DNA from: Yuukianura sp. NJ FZ-2021
Taxonomy: Eukaryota
DNA: 64,000 nt
Direction of reading: 5' to 3'
Assembly (NCBI GenBank): GCA_046563655.1
Contig: CM102288.1
Coordinates: forward strand, 6,076,001-6,140,000
The notes under the pieces are model-generated. The model had not been told where the DNA came from. It saw only the letters and a program-made list of their open reading frames with translations, and made no database searches. Every line of letters starts with the position of its first letter. Position 1 is the first letter of the stretch. Below are positions 37,152 to 48,783 of the stretch, one piece after another. The position numbers and the translations under genes are program-made.

Positions 37152-37998
37152 CATTCCGAAGCCTTTAAATTTCCATGTGTTCACCATTCCGTCCATTGTA
37201 AGGAGTGGAGCTAAACAATTTCTCTCTAAGAAAACAAATGACAGACATTCCAGCAGCCCAAGGCCAACTTTTATACATTTCTATAGCTTTAATAAACAAA
37301 TATTCTAGATACTCATAATAAGTTCATTCACTCCTAATTAAATAATTAAATTAGCTCTTGTTCTAAACGAAATTATCCGAGAAAACAGTGGTTGCAATCC
37401 TGCCGGAAAATCTGACTATTCTTAGGATTAGCGAAGCCTACCATTCACCAAACACAGAAGGAAAACGTTGAAGTAAGGCTATTAACCACATCATGTAATC
37501 GTTAGGTTTACGTAATGCGTGCAATTTTCTCATAATTTAGTAGCTTACTTATTATAAAACAATTATATTCTTATTATACTATTATATTTATATATCATTA
37601 TTATATTGTTATATTATTATATTTATATGTTATTATTATATTATTATATTATTATAGTATAGTTATGTACTTATTTGATTATTTTATCATTGATTTCATT
37701 TACTAATCTAATCCTACTTTTGTCCTAATCTAATCAAAATGAATTTTAATTGGAACAGATGCTGTGCCTTGCAATTTGTGGGTACAATGGAGGACTATAA
37801 CCTAGCATTTTTTATCCTCAAGTCAGCTGTTTTTTTTCGAGCATTTTGTGCTCGGTTTTTCATAATGTTTTTCATAAGGTCTTCTCCATCTCCTAATCTA
37901 AATTGGTAATTTACGTTTACCTTCCAACAATTGTACATTAATCCAATGTTTTTTAAGTTGTACGGATACAGCATTGTTCAAGACGAGTAACGGCTGAC

Positions 37999-38372
37999 AT
38001 GGGTTACCATGTTATTCTAGTGAAGCCGGATAGTCCGGGTCACAAGGCGGGATTTGAAGTAAGAAAGATTTCCAGCAAACAACGATTTCCAACTAATGCA
38101 AAACGTTTTGTCCTGCAATTTTGTTCTGTTTACAGGCATTTTTTGATTTCATTGTTGCCATCAATGGAGTTCAGTTGGACAAGGTGAAGGATGCAGAACT
38201 AAAAAATGTGTTGGGTAAGAACGTCGATGGAACGATCCAATTTGTCATCTACTCATGCCGGACGAGGAAGATCCGAACAGTGGTCGTCACTCCTTCGGAT
38301 GGACCGATCCTCGGGATTTCCCTTCGACCTTGCTCTCACCGCCAATGTCAAGTGGAGCCAAGAACTCTTTAT
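37999..38372 (+). CDS. GRASP55/65-type PDZ domain exons (37999-38058 and 38136-38351 or -38372), probably the 5' end of the SCAPER gene
   Basis: [34 protein letters not shown]...IYSCRTRKIRTVVVTPS...LGISLRPCS matches the recalled GRASP PDZ1; only one PDZ is present. Confidence 0.8.
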
Positions 38373-38447
38373 GTCTGTCACATTGTCTTAGCTCTATCAA
38401 TCACTTACACTTACCAATTCAATTTCTAACAAACTTCTTATTTCCAG

Positions 38448-41400
38448 ATTGACTTTTGTGATATGGAGACAGTGACTGTAGAAAAGACATTGGAAGACAT
38501 AGACATCGAATGTCCAGAGTTGTCCGAGGGCAATACAAGAACTATTGGGCTCCAAGTGGACTTTGAGGATCCTGACATCTACTACTTCGCTGGTGGACGA
38601 CACGTAGCTCTCCAGACGGACAGCACAAACGAAGACTTTGGTCCACTCGATTCTTGTCCAGAACCCACTCCAACACCTCCAAAGACTATCGAGAAGTCCG
38701 TTACAGCACCAGACATGTCTTCCAGGGTTCGTCAGCAAGAAGTTCGTCCAGAAAGAAGTTCCAAGACACTCCCTAATGCTAGTACTATCAAAAGTAGGCC
38801 AATTCCTGGGAGTTTATCTCATTTTGTGCCTCGTCTGCCCAATTCAACTTCCACTTCGAAGCGGTTTGCTCAAACACGCTGCAGCCAGACACAAATTCAA
38901 GATCGACTTCGTTCTGCTCCGGTGGTTCCCGCGAAAACTCAGACCAAAACTTCCACTGCTATAAAACGTGATATCGGAGAAGGTGAGCTGTTTTTTTCTG
39001 AAACTTTCAGAATTCATTAAAAAAAAAGTTGTTTGAAAATTTTGGTAAATTGTTTTTTTTTTGTAGATGGGTGGGAAACAGTGCGAAGTCGTAACAGTCG
39101 TTCCAAATGGTCGCTATCCAGTCCCTCTTCATCTTCCTCGAACAATGATCTAACTATGAGTAGCACTAATGCTGTCGACATCGGAGTGGGAGTGCCAGGA
39201 GATGATGCTCTGGAGTGGAAGAAAGTTGAGGAGACCGTGGCTGCTGAGGAGGAACGTATCCAGGAGAAGGATGTGGCGCTGGATAATGCCATTAGAGAAG
39301 AGGAGTTGATTGAACAAGAACTTCGTCAAGTGGAAATGGACTTTCAGCAGATTGAAAACGAAGGAATCTCATCTCAGAAGTCAAGAGTGTGTGATTTGGA
39401 GTCAAAGATACCCGAAACGGAGGTGTCACCAAGTCCAACTCCGGCTGAAACAGGAACGTCGACAGTCGAAGCTGAAACTGGAACGAGAATGGAAGTGACA
39501 GGAGGTGGCAGCGGTGACGAAGTGGACGATTTCTTCTTCATTGACCTTGCGATTGGCAACAATTCGAACTCCAAAGGTAAATTCAACAACACTTTACATT
39601 TCCGGTATTGTAACCTTACATAATTTTACATTGACGTTTTACTTTTCCACACTTTTACTTTAACACACTTTTATTTTTCCATACTTTTACTTTTACATAA
39701 TTTGCTATTGTGTGTTTTTTTACAGGTGGAGAAGATACACAGATGAAAGATTCAGACCGAATTCTGGCACTGCGTGAGAAATTAATGTCGCCAGCCAAAT
39801 GTCGTGACTCTGCTGAGACACTGCGGCGACATCAAGCTAAACTAGCAAAAGCAGAGATGAACCGAGAAAGACTGCTGGAGGCCAAATACAATCGATACGT
39901 CGAGTTGAGCGAACGTGTAAGTAAAAGTGCTAAACTTCGACTAAAAGTCAAAATTTCAAAAGCTAGAACTTCAAAGTAGCCTTTTTGTCAATTTTTTTTT
40001 TCAGTTTCAAACTTTAAATGAGACAATGCGGAAGTTGGTTGAGGAACGTTCAGAGTTGATAGCACGAGCGGAGGATCGTCGTAAGCGAGCAGTGGAGAAG
40101 CGACAACAAGTGCTGCTGGATATCAAACGGAAAGCACATGATGAAGAATCTAAAGCGAAGGAAATTGCTTTCATCAACTTCCTGGAACTGCAAATCAAGC
40201 GGATTGGATTTCTGTCGTCAGCTCATGCCAAAGAAATAGTAACGTCAAAGGTCATGCAATTTGAAATTTTGAATTTCAATTAGAAATTTTGAAAAAGGAA
40301 GTCGGTGGACGGCTGCAGTCGAGAGAGGAGGAGAGAAAACTCAAGTTGGAAGACAGATTTCAAAAACTGGCAGCAGTGCTGGAGAGGCAGTCAAAAATTA
40401 AACGGGATTGGGAGGTAGGATTTGAAATTAAATATTTTTTTTTTTTATAAATTCTGTACGATTCATGTCATATTTTTTTTTTTTTTTTAAATGTAGCAAA
40501 AGTTGGCTTTGATGCAGGACAAGAGAGGACGCACTTCAGAACGGATTTTGAGAGAACGACAGAAAAGGGCGAAGGAACGGACAGAGTTGGCTCAAGAAAA
40601 AGCACGGTAGGTCTCAAAATTTTTGATACAAATTCAAAAATTTTGAGTTTGTATTAAAAATGTTTGTGACTTTTGGATAAATTTTTGTATAAAATTGAAT
40701 TTCTAAAAAAGTATTGCTGATTTTTTTTTGTTTTTGTTTCAGGGGAAGGAATGAGAGAATGTCAGCTCTGAATGCTGCCAAATTGGCAAAGAAGGAGGAG
40801 CTAAAGAAGACGATTGCGCAGAAACAGCAGGATACTGCCAGAAGACACGAAGAAAACATCGAACACATTCGGCAGAGAGCAATCGAACTCAGCGTTCCGC
40901 GCGTTTCCGACGAAACGACCGTTCGGATCTGCACACTCTGCAAAGTTGTAGTACGTTTTTTTTCTGATGTTGAATTTGTGACTTTTTGAAATTCTGAGAT
41001 GGTTTGAATTTTTGAAATTTTGAAATGATGCCAATTTCGAAGGCAACCTTTTAAAATATGTTGGTCTTTTTAGATTCAATCAGAAGTGCAGGAATTAGCC
41101 CATTTGAGAGGCAGAGCTCACTTGGACGCCGTGAAGAAAATGGACAAGCAGAGTGGGACGGCTGCCAGCATTCCGGTGGGAAGTGGGGCCGTTGCCACCG
41201 GCCAATCAGAGACTTTTGGACTCAAGTTCATTGCGGACGTCCAGGAAGAAAAAGTAGAGCCAGGAGTGACGAATGACAGGAATCGACTCAAGCTCAGAAA
41301 GAAACACTGCAAAAAACTCCTCCAGAAATTGGCAACCAGGTAAACTTAAAAAAAGATTTTCTTCTTGAAGTTTTTCAACATTTTAAAACAAAGATTCAAA

Positions 41401-43684
41401 AAAAAAAGTTTTTTTTTTCAGTGGAAGTGAGTTTGAGGCTGCTGAAATTCGTGGAGTTGTGACTGGAAAGGAGCAAATGGCAAGCAGAAGTCAAATTCAA
41501 CGAAACATTCGAGAGTTGGACAGACTTGTGAATCTGTTCAACGCCCAGCGTGGAACAGTTTCGCTCGCGAATACTTTGGATCGACTTCTGGTCGACACGC
41601 GAAAAGCTGCTGTTAAGGTTTGTCACTTTCTCGTATTTTATAAAGATTTTTGAAAATTTTTGAACGCTAAGATTCAAAATTTCAGAAGTTGTCAATTGCT
41701 GTTTATTTTTCTTTTGGTATGCTATTTTTAGTGTCGTGTTATCCAAGATTCGTTGGTTGGAATGAGTTTGTTTCCGGTTCTTCAAAAAATTTATGCTTGC
41801 AAGTCACCCGATTTGAGAAGCAGGTTAATTACATAGTATATAAATAATACATAATTACATAAATGATGTAATATGGAAATGTTATGCAATTATGTAATTG
41901 AACTCGAAGTGATGTAATGATATGCTATTGTTTGAGCAGAGTGTTGGTGAGTGCGTGTAATCTTCTTGTGGGAGCAGCTTTCCGTAATCTGTACAACGCA
42001 GTCTATGTCATCCGCAGCTCAGTCATTTGCAGCATTCTGGAACTGGCAGCTACTCGATGGGAGGTAATGTAAAGACAAAAATATTTTTTAAAAAGGATTT
42101 TTTTTTGAAAAAAGTATTTTTTTTTTGAAAAAAGTATTTTTTTTTTTTGAAAAAAGTATTTTCTTTTCTAACTGAAAAATTTTACTTGTTTTGCATTAGA
42201 TGTTCATACCGGACGGACATCGTTGGCTCGCGGGGTCACCAGTGGCTCACACAGACCAGCTTCCAGTTGATCCCGTTGTGGGTAAATCAGAAACAAACTT
42301 AACTTTTCAGCATTTTTAGTAATTTTTTGTCAGTAAGTTCTAAATTCAGTAAACTTTTTTTTTGAATGTAGCTGCCTTAAATGAAGCTTTGTTCACCGTG
42401 TTGAACGTAATTCCTGATCCGTTCGACGGAATTAGCAGCCCGAAACAAACTTTTTTGAACGAAGCGAACATCGCGTCAGTGCGTTCACGTAATTTGAGTA
42501 TCATCAGCTACATTGTGGGCTCTGGAATTGTGGATCGATTGGCCATTTACTGCAGTGGTGTGCGCGGAACAGTCGAAGACCAGTCGCATGTCGCCAGTTT
42601 ACTAAAAGATTCCATTGATCTCATGACCATGTTGGTGTACTCTCTCCAAACATCGTAAGGAAATCAATATGTATTGAATTGAATGTTGAGTTTGAAACTT
42701 CAAACAACATCTTTAAAAAAAAAATCAAAAGTGTGACTTCGTTTCGGCTAAATTTGACTTGATTTGAAGAAATTGTGTGCTGATGTTGTAGGTGGGATCC
42801 AAAGAAGCAAGAAACGACACAACTACTGGCAGCTTTAGAATCTTCTGACATTGTTGGATCCATTTCTATGTGCTACACTCTGTTACTACACAAAGATGCT
42901 CCCACAAGACCACGAGCACCAAGCTGTCCACTCAACGTACCTCCGCCGCCTGGACCTGTCTGTGCATCTCTCGTTTGCTCAACACTGTCACTCATCAATG
43001 CTTTTGCAAAGTTGGACATCACTAGACTTCAAGTAAGTTTCATTTTTTGATACAAACGTTTTTTTTTTTTGATTTCTTCAACTGATTTTACTGCAATCTT
43101 TTTTGCTGCAACTGATTTCTGAATTTTACTCTAATTTTTTTTTCTGTGATTTGCAGCGTGTGCTTGGATCTGAAGCGATGTCTTTGCAGTTTCGCCATAT
43201 TGCGAGTCAGTTGTTGTGGCAGGTAGTGCCTCATGCAGAAACTCAACCGAACTGTGCTCGTCTTCTGCACGAGTTACTAATCGCTCTAGGGAACTTTGCT
43301 GTTGGGAACAACACTAATCAAATGACAATCCAAGCAGGACAAACACCCACAGTTCTCCAGCAACTCTGTACTCTTCCAACCACTTACTTCACTGACATCA
43401 AGTTGTCTTGCTTCCTCCTTCCCACACTCATCGCAGCAACTTTCGGATGTCCAGAGAACCAAGACATTCTGAAGCAACAGAACGTCTCTGTAGAGGTCAG
43501 CAGCATTTGAACGTAAATAACTTCTATTTTTGTTACATGATTCTACTTAACTTTCACTTTTCAGATGCTAAACCGCTTTCTGGACTCCGACATTGGGAAA
43601 AGACATCCAGTTTGTAAACGAATTCGTCCAACGCATAAACCATCACTATCAAATGAGCAACCAAATCCAAAGACTAACGACTGA
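38448..43684 (+). CDS. SCAPER: SCAPER (S-phase cyclin A-associated protein in the ER; ssp3-like), about 17 exons
   Basis: DGWETVR motif, long coiled coil (RKAHDEESKAKEIAFINFLE), U1-type zinc finger (CTLCKVV...AHLRGRAHLDAV) and C-terminal helical region (LQFRHIASQLLW; QAGQTPTVLQQLCTLP); stop at 43682-43684. Confidence 0.88.
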
Positions 43685-44000
43685 AATCACTTAATATTAA
43701 AAATTTAGAATGTAACTTACATAATCAAGTCCTTTGTGTAACCTCAACGCGCTTCCTAGTTGCATTTACATAACTTTACATAAGTTGCTATTCCATAAGC
43801 ATAGTTTACATAACGAACACAACCATACTAAGTCACACTTACACTCACACATTGGAATAAAAAAAAATTGGAATCAGAAATACAATTTTGTAGCTCAGAC
43901 TCGTTTTTATGCACCGACTCCACATTTCTATTTTTAGATTTGCATGAGACATTGCTCATACAAAAGTCCTGACTCGATTAACACCAAACTAACTAAAGTA

Positions 44001-44117
44001 CAGTCAATCCTCTAATTGGGAAAGGTGCAACAACTAATTTTTTTAAAAAGTTAACTTTTACGTTATCCCAATGTCACGTGAATGAAAAAAAAAGTTTCCC
44101 AACTAAAGGCTTGACTA
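44001..44117. mobile_element. Tc1/pogo-like MITE
   Basis: TA|CAGTCAATCCTCTAATTGGGAAA ... TTTCCCAACTAAAGGCTTGACT imperfect TIRs. Confidence 0.55.
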
Positions 44118-44380
44118 AAAGTGTTCGAACATTGCTCGTTCTATTTTTACAACTTGTTTGTGTCCATAGCTTCAACGTTTGAAAAGCGTTTCTTAAACGG
44201 TTTGAAAACGAATCGCTACCAAATTAAAACAAAATTAGTACTAACGGTTTCAGCTGCAGTAAATAGACTAAAATTAATTACAGGGTGATGTTTCATTCAT
44301 TACAAGCTAAGTTTGAACAGCTTATAGAAAAACTACATGACATTATAAATACTTCTGACTCAAGAGATTCCCGTTACGGT

Positions 44381-45169
44381 TTACTTGATTTGTTTGTCAA
44401 TGGCTTCCACATAATTTACACCGAGTGACACGAGTGCGTAGGCTGTGGTCACAGCGATGAAGAACTTAAACTGCGGAGCATTCACATCGGCCGTCCCTAG
44501 AACCATACGATTCATTAGTGTTGTTTTAATTGATGTAAGTGCTAAATAAGGCTCATGTAGGGTTACAGACTGACAGCGAAAGTTCCAATTGGCAATTAAA
44601 TCTGAATCAGCAGGTTACCTGATCGAATAATTGCCCATAACAGTAGCGATCCTAGATTGAACGTGGCGGAGGCAAAGAGGCTGAAACCAATAATAAAAGT
44701 ATTATCTCAACGTTATGTCAACATTAGATCATTTGCCTTGTTTGAAAAGTGTTGAAACGTCGCTGGATGCCAATGTTTACCTTAATTTCCATCTGTCTCC
44801 GTCCTTGACTTGACTCAAGTGTTTCCGATTGTACAAATAGAGAAATGTGCTGCCAATGCTTGACGCCAGAAAGAAATTTGTCAAGTCGTTTGTTGGGCTA
44901 ATTCTGAAAAAGAGTAGAAACTTTAAATTAGTATTCAGAGTAGTGTAAACCCACACTTTAAGTTCAGCTCAGACTGAACGCATCGTTGCAAATCACAACT
45001 AACTTTGGAATTGTTTCGAATCGATTAAAGTAATTTGAAAATGTACTTACCGTCGTAAGAGGCTCGGCTGTATTACGCTGACTGCGAGACCACCATAAGA
45101 TATGGTTCCAGCCAGTGGAACGTAGTGTCCAAGCAAGTTGGACTTCGTCAATGGTTTGTCTGTCAACAT
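44381..45169 (-). CDS. Small multi-pass membrane protein, about 140 aa (exons 45169-45051, 44903-44781, 44680-44619, 44496-44381)
   Basis: Not in the ORF track. Manual splicing gives MLTDKPLTKSNLLGHYVPLAG...DLTNFFLASSIGSTFLYLYNRKHL...FNLGSLLLWAIIRS...YVEAIDKQIK*, resembling a recalled conserved uncharacterised arthropod family. Confidence 0.8.
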
Positions 45170-45527
45170 TTTACGAAAATATGCTAATGAAGCCATTGAT
45201 TAAATCGGAATTTACAGTGAACTTTTGTTTAAATTCTATAAATTGGTCAACTTTTGGAGTGGTGTACCTAATCCTCGGACTCCAGAGATTCTTCACCCGC
45301 GTGAATTTGGATCGCCGTCGCAGGCTACGACTCGCAGCATAAGCGCGGTTGCCGTATGATGTGTTGCGAACTCAAAAAAACTTGTCAATTTTGAGAATTC
45401 GGACTTAACCCCTGAAATTTTTTTATTGGGTGCTCTATTTAAAAGTTAATACGAATTCTAATATAATGTTAACACGCTGGTTTACTAGTGTTTTAGTCTA
45501 CTAATCTAAGTTAAAAATTGACTTCAC

Positions 45528-46962
45528 TTAGAAAACCATAAGTAATTTGGCTGTGTAGAATACGACAAAACCAAAGACTCGTAGAGCGTAGTACTTGCGC
45601 ATAAAAAACATAGCGGCTGAGCTATATAAAAGAGGTCGACAGGACCGAAGTGCCTGAGCATTCCATCTTCGGAGGTTGAATTTAGTTGTGGTGGAAACGA
45701 GAGGAACTAAGTTTTTGGATTTGACGAACCTGGTAGAGAGTAGTTGTATGTCGGCTAACATAGGAAAGAAGTAGGCATTCAGAACACTCGTCGTCAGCAG
45801 TCGGAGAGGGATTCGGATGAATTCGTTGAGCGGTAAGTGATCGTGGAGTCGGATCGTCATGAAGAATGGCACAATGTTGAGTAAAATCAAAGCAAACTGG
45901 ACCACGGGTATTGCAACTTTTCCAACACTTCCACGGAATTCAAGTGTCATCAACTGCAGGCATCGGTAAATCCGAACATTTTCCAGCGGTGTACCACTCG
46001 ATGCTCTAAAAAAATGTACGTTTTCATAAACAATTTTTGGAAATGTTCAAAAAACTTCAGTTTTTCTGAACTTTTAGAAAAACAAAATCATTTTACGAGA
46101 TGCTTTTGAGCCAGTCACCAGTCCCGGTTCCAGAGATAACAGAAATTGTCAGGGCGGTGATAACGACTGTCCAGTAGTTGATGGAATCCATAAGAAACGA
46201 AAGAGCGAAGATCGGAAGCAGAACGATTCCAAAACGATTTGCGATGTCGGGATTCAAGATCGAATAGTAGTAGCTCAGCATTCTCGGCCTGCGAACAAAC
46301 GCCACAAAAGACAAGCTCGTTTGCAAGAATCCCGCAAAGATAAAAAGCTTGACCAAATCTGCACACACATCCCGCTTCTCCTTGTGTTTGTCAATCTTGG
46401 CCATCACATGTGAGCTTCTGTGCAAAACAAAAATAGAAATAATAGTCGCCTCATAAATAACTCAAAAACTTATTATTCGGGGCACGTTTCTATAACCTTT
46501 CAAAAAAAAATCCCCTTCCCGGAAGATTCGACCCCGCACCCCCAATATCAGCCTCTAAGCCCTAACCATTATGCCGTAGCAATTCCTTAGAACTTACTTT
46601 TCCTGAATAGCAGACATGTTGAATGAGAGTACCCTGTTGATATAAGACACTGCTTTGTCTCCTTCGATCAGAAACACTGTTTGACATGTACAGCCAACCA
46701 GAAGCCTGATAATTTCCAGAAGTTGGACAAAAACGAATTTCCCGGGCGTTGTTGGATCGCTCATTTTGTTCACAGTTTGTCTAATAAGGAAAAAAAAGAA
46801 AATCCACTGTTTCAAGCATAGAAATACTGTGAAAATTTTAGTCCAATCTGAAATCGGTTTCATTATACACATGACTCGATCCCAGTACATTGGAAACACA
46901 TGGAAAATACTGGCAATAGAAAATACAAAACTTATAACACTTAGCAGAGGAGGGGACAACAT
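45528..46962 (-). CDS. Divergent gustatory-receptor-like 7TM protein (exons 46962-46598, 46417-46097, 46005-45528)
   Basis: About 390 aa with multiple TM helices, IYRCLQL motif and C-terminal LRSCRPL...VVFYTAKLLMVF. Confidence 0.75.
46510..46582 (-). mobile_element. tRNA-like repeat, family C (intronic)
   Basis: Reverse complement ACGGCATAATGGTTAGGGC...TTGGGGGTGCGGGGTCGAATC then a T run; similar to the copy at 50125-50202. Confidence 0.55.
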
Positions 46963-48783
46963 CCTTCCAGTTTTCTTTTGAGAAAGAGTTCAAAAAATTC
47001 CTGATTCAAAACTTTTGTTAAGTTATCCAAAAATTCTTGATTCAAAAATTGTGAAGATTTATCCAAAATCTTTTCCATTTTGCATGTCTTAATGGTAATC
47101 GAGGGACTTTTGGTTTGGAGTTGAAATGGAACTGATTCCAAATCGTAATTAAAAGTGGACTGAGGAAGCGGATAGCAGAAACTTTGCTGCCCTCACTTCG
47201 TTTCAAGCTACAAGAAATCTAAATGAAAAATAAATATTTAAGAATCCAATCAACACAAAAAAGCGTATAGCATTTCGAAATTTCGAAATTAGAAACCTAC
47301 CTATCTAAACAGAAAAACAAACGTGAGTATCATGAATCCTATCAAGCCCAGAACCAATGAAAAATACAGATGACCTAGAGCTTGACCTTGGCCTCGTAAA
47401 GCTTCATAAACTAAATCAAACGATGGCCTAAAATTCCTTATGCCATTGGTTGACGTTGGAGAGAAGATGTCGTGCCGACGGACGGACAAACAACTCGCAC
47501 ATTTCATTAGTTATATTAAAAATATGGGGCCTGCAAATGGAGAGAATCGGCAAACAAAGGATTTGGACAATTCCTTCTACAATTTAAAAATTGTGTTGGA
47601 TGTTCAAATATTTCCTGAAGGAAAAAGTAATCGAACGTTACAAAGCATAACAAAAAATAAGGAAAACGTGAAACTACTGCTAAAATTAGAAACGCCAGAA
47701 GCTATAGTTGGCCATGCATTACTTAACTTTTGAACTAGACTCACCAGTTGAGTTATTGAGGTCACGTTAGGTAGATAAACGGAGTAAATAGTGTAAACTA
47801 TCCACTGCCATTCAGTTCCACTGTCATTCTTAATAGCCAGTAGTCGTTGAATTCTACAGAAGCTGGATTGGCCCTTCGACATGTCCAAATTCATCACCGG
47901 ATTAACCGTGTTGGCCGTTGGAATCTGCCTCTTCGCCATCTTCCTGTCACAGAGTAAGTAAATTACAAGTTAATCAGAATGCTAATTACATTTTCATGAA
48001 TAATCATAAGTTAAGTGCAAGTTCTTACCATAAATTGAGTTAATTTGTACTGTTTAGCAGATGGAGATGATAACAACTGCAAATGGAGTTGGGGCGGATC
48101 CATCCCTGGGACAAGATGTATCGAACTGTGCTACATCGGCAGGATTCCCTTTGGCCACTGCCAACCTGGATACGACTGCTGTCTCAAAACCTAATTAATC
48201 AATTAACAGTTAATCAATTAGTAATGCCTTCATAAGGAATTAAACGTAAAAAACGTTTCGCAAACTGTGCTTTACCATTTCACCTCTCCTATTATGGAAT
48301 CTCTCCTAAGTCATCGTCGAGAGTTCTACTCCGTGTTTCGTTACAAATACGCCTCACAACATGCGAGATTTGAATTAGATTAGAATTCTTGTTCCATTCC
48401 AATGAATGATCTGCGTGACTCATGAGACTCATGAATCTCATGAGTCATGATTCACGAGTCAGAATTTGTAAAGTATTATTACATAGTCTTTATCTCAAAT
48501 CGGTTTAGTTGACCTTAATAAAAAAAAACAGTAAAACTTTGAACATTGAAGATCCATTCGTGGATTCTAAGCAAACAAAGCTTAACACAGCGCGTATTAG
48601 CACAAGACGAGACTAGATGTGTTTCTGAGCCGATTAATAATTAACACCGTGAGGTTGCTAATTATAATTACAATTAATTAACATCAAATTACTTGAAATA
48701 CAACTAATTAATCTTAGCTTACTTTTAGTACAACAGAGGATCTTCTGAACTTGAATCAATCGATGTACAGGCTGCAAAAAATT

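Noticed and set aside
37560..37680. TAT/ATT-rich tract as a regulatory element or origin
   Set aside because: Simple low-complexity AT repeat with no further support.
37999..38429. Complete stand-alone GRASP65/55 gene
   Set aside because: Only one PDZ is present, with no second PDZ or Ser/Pro-rich tail.
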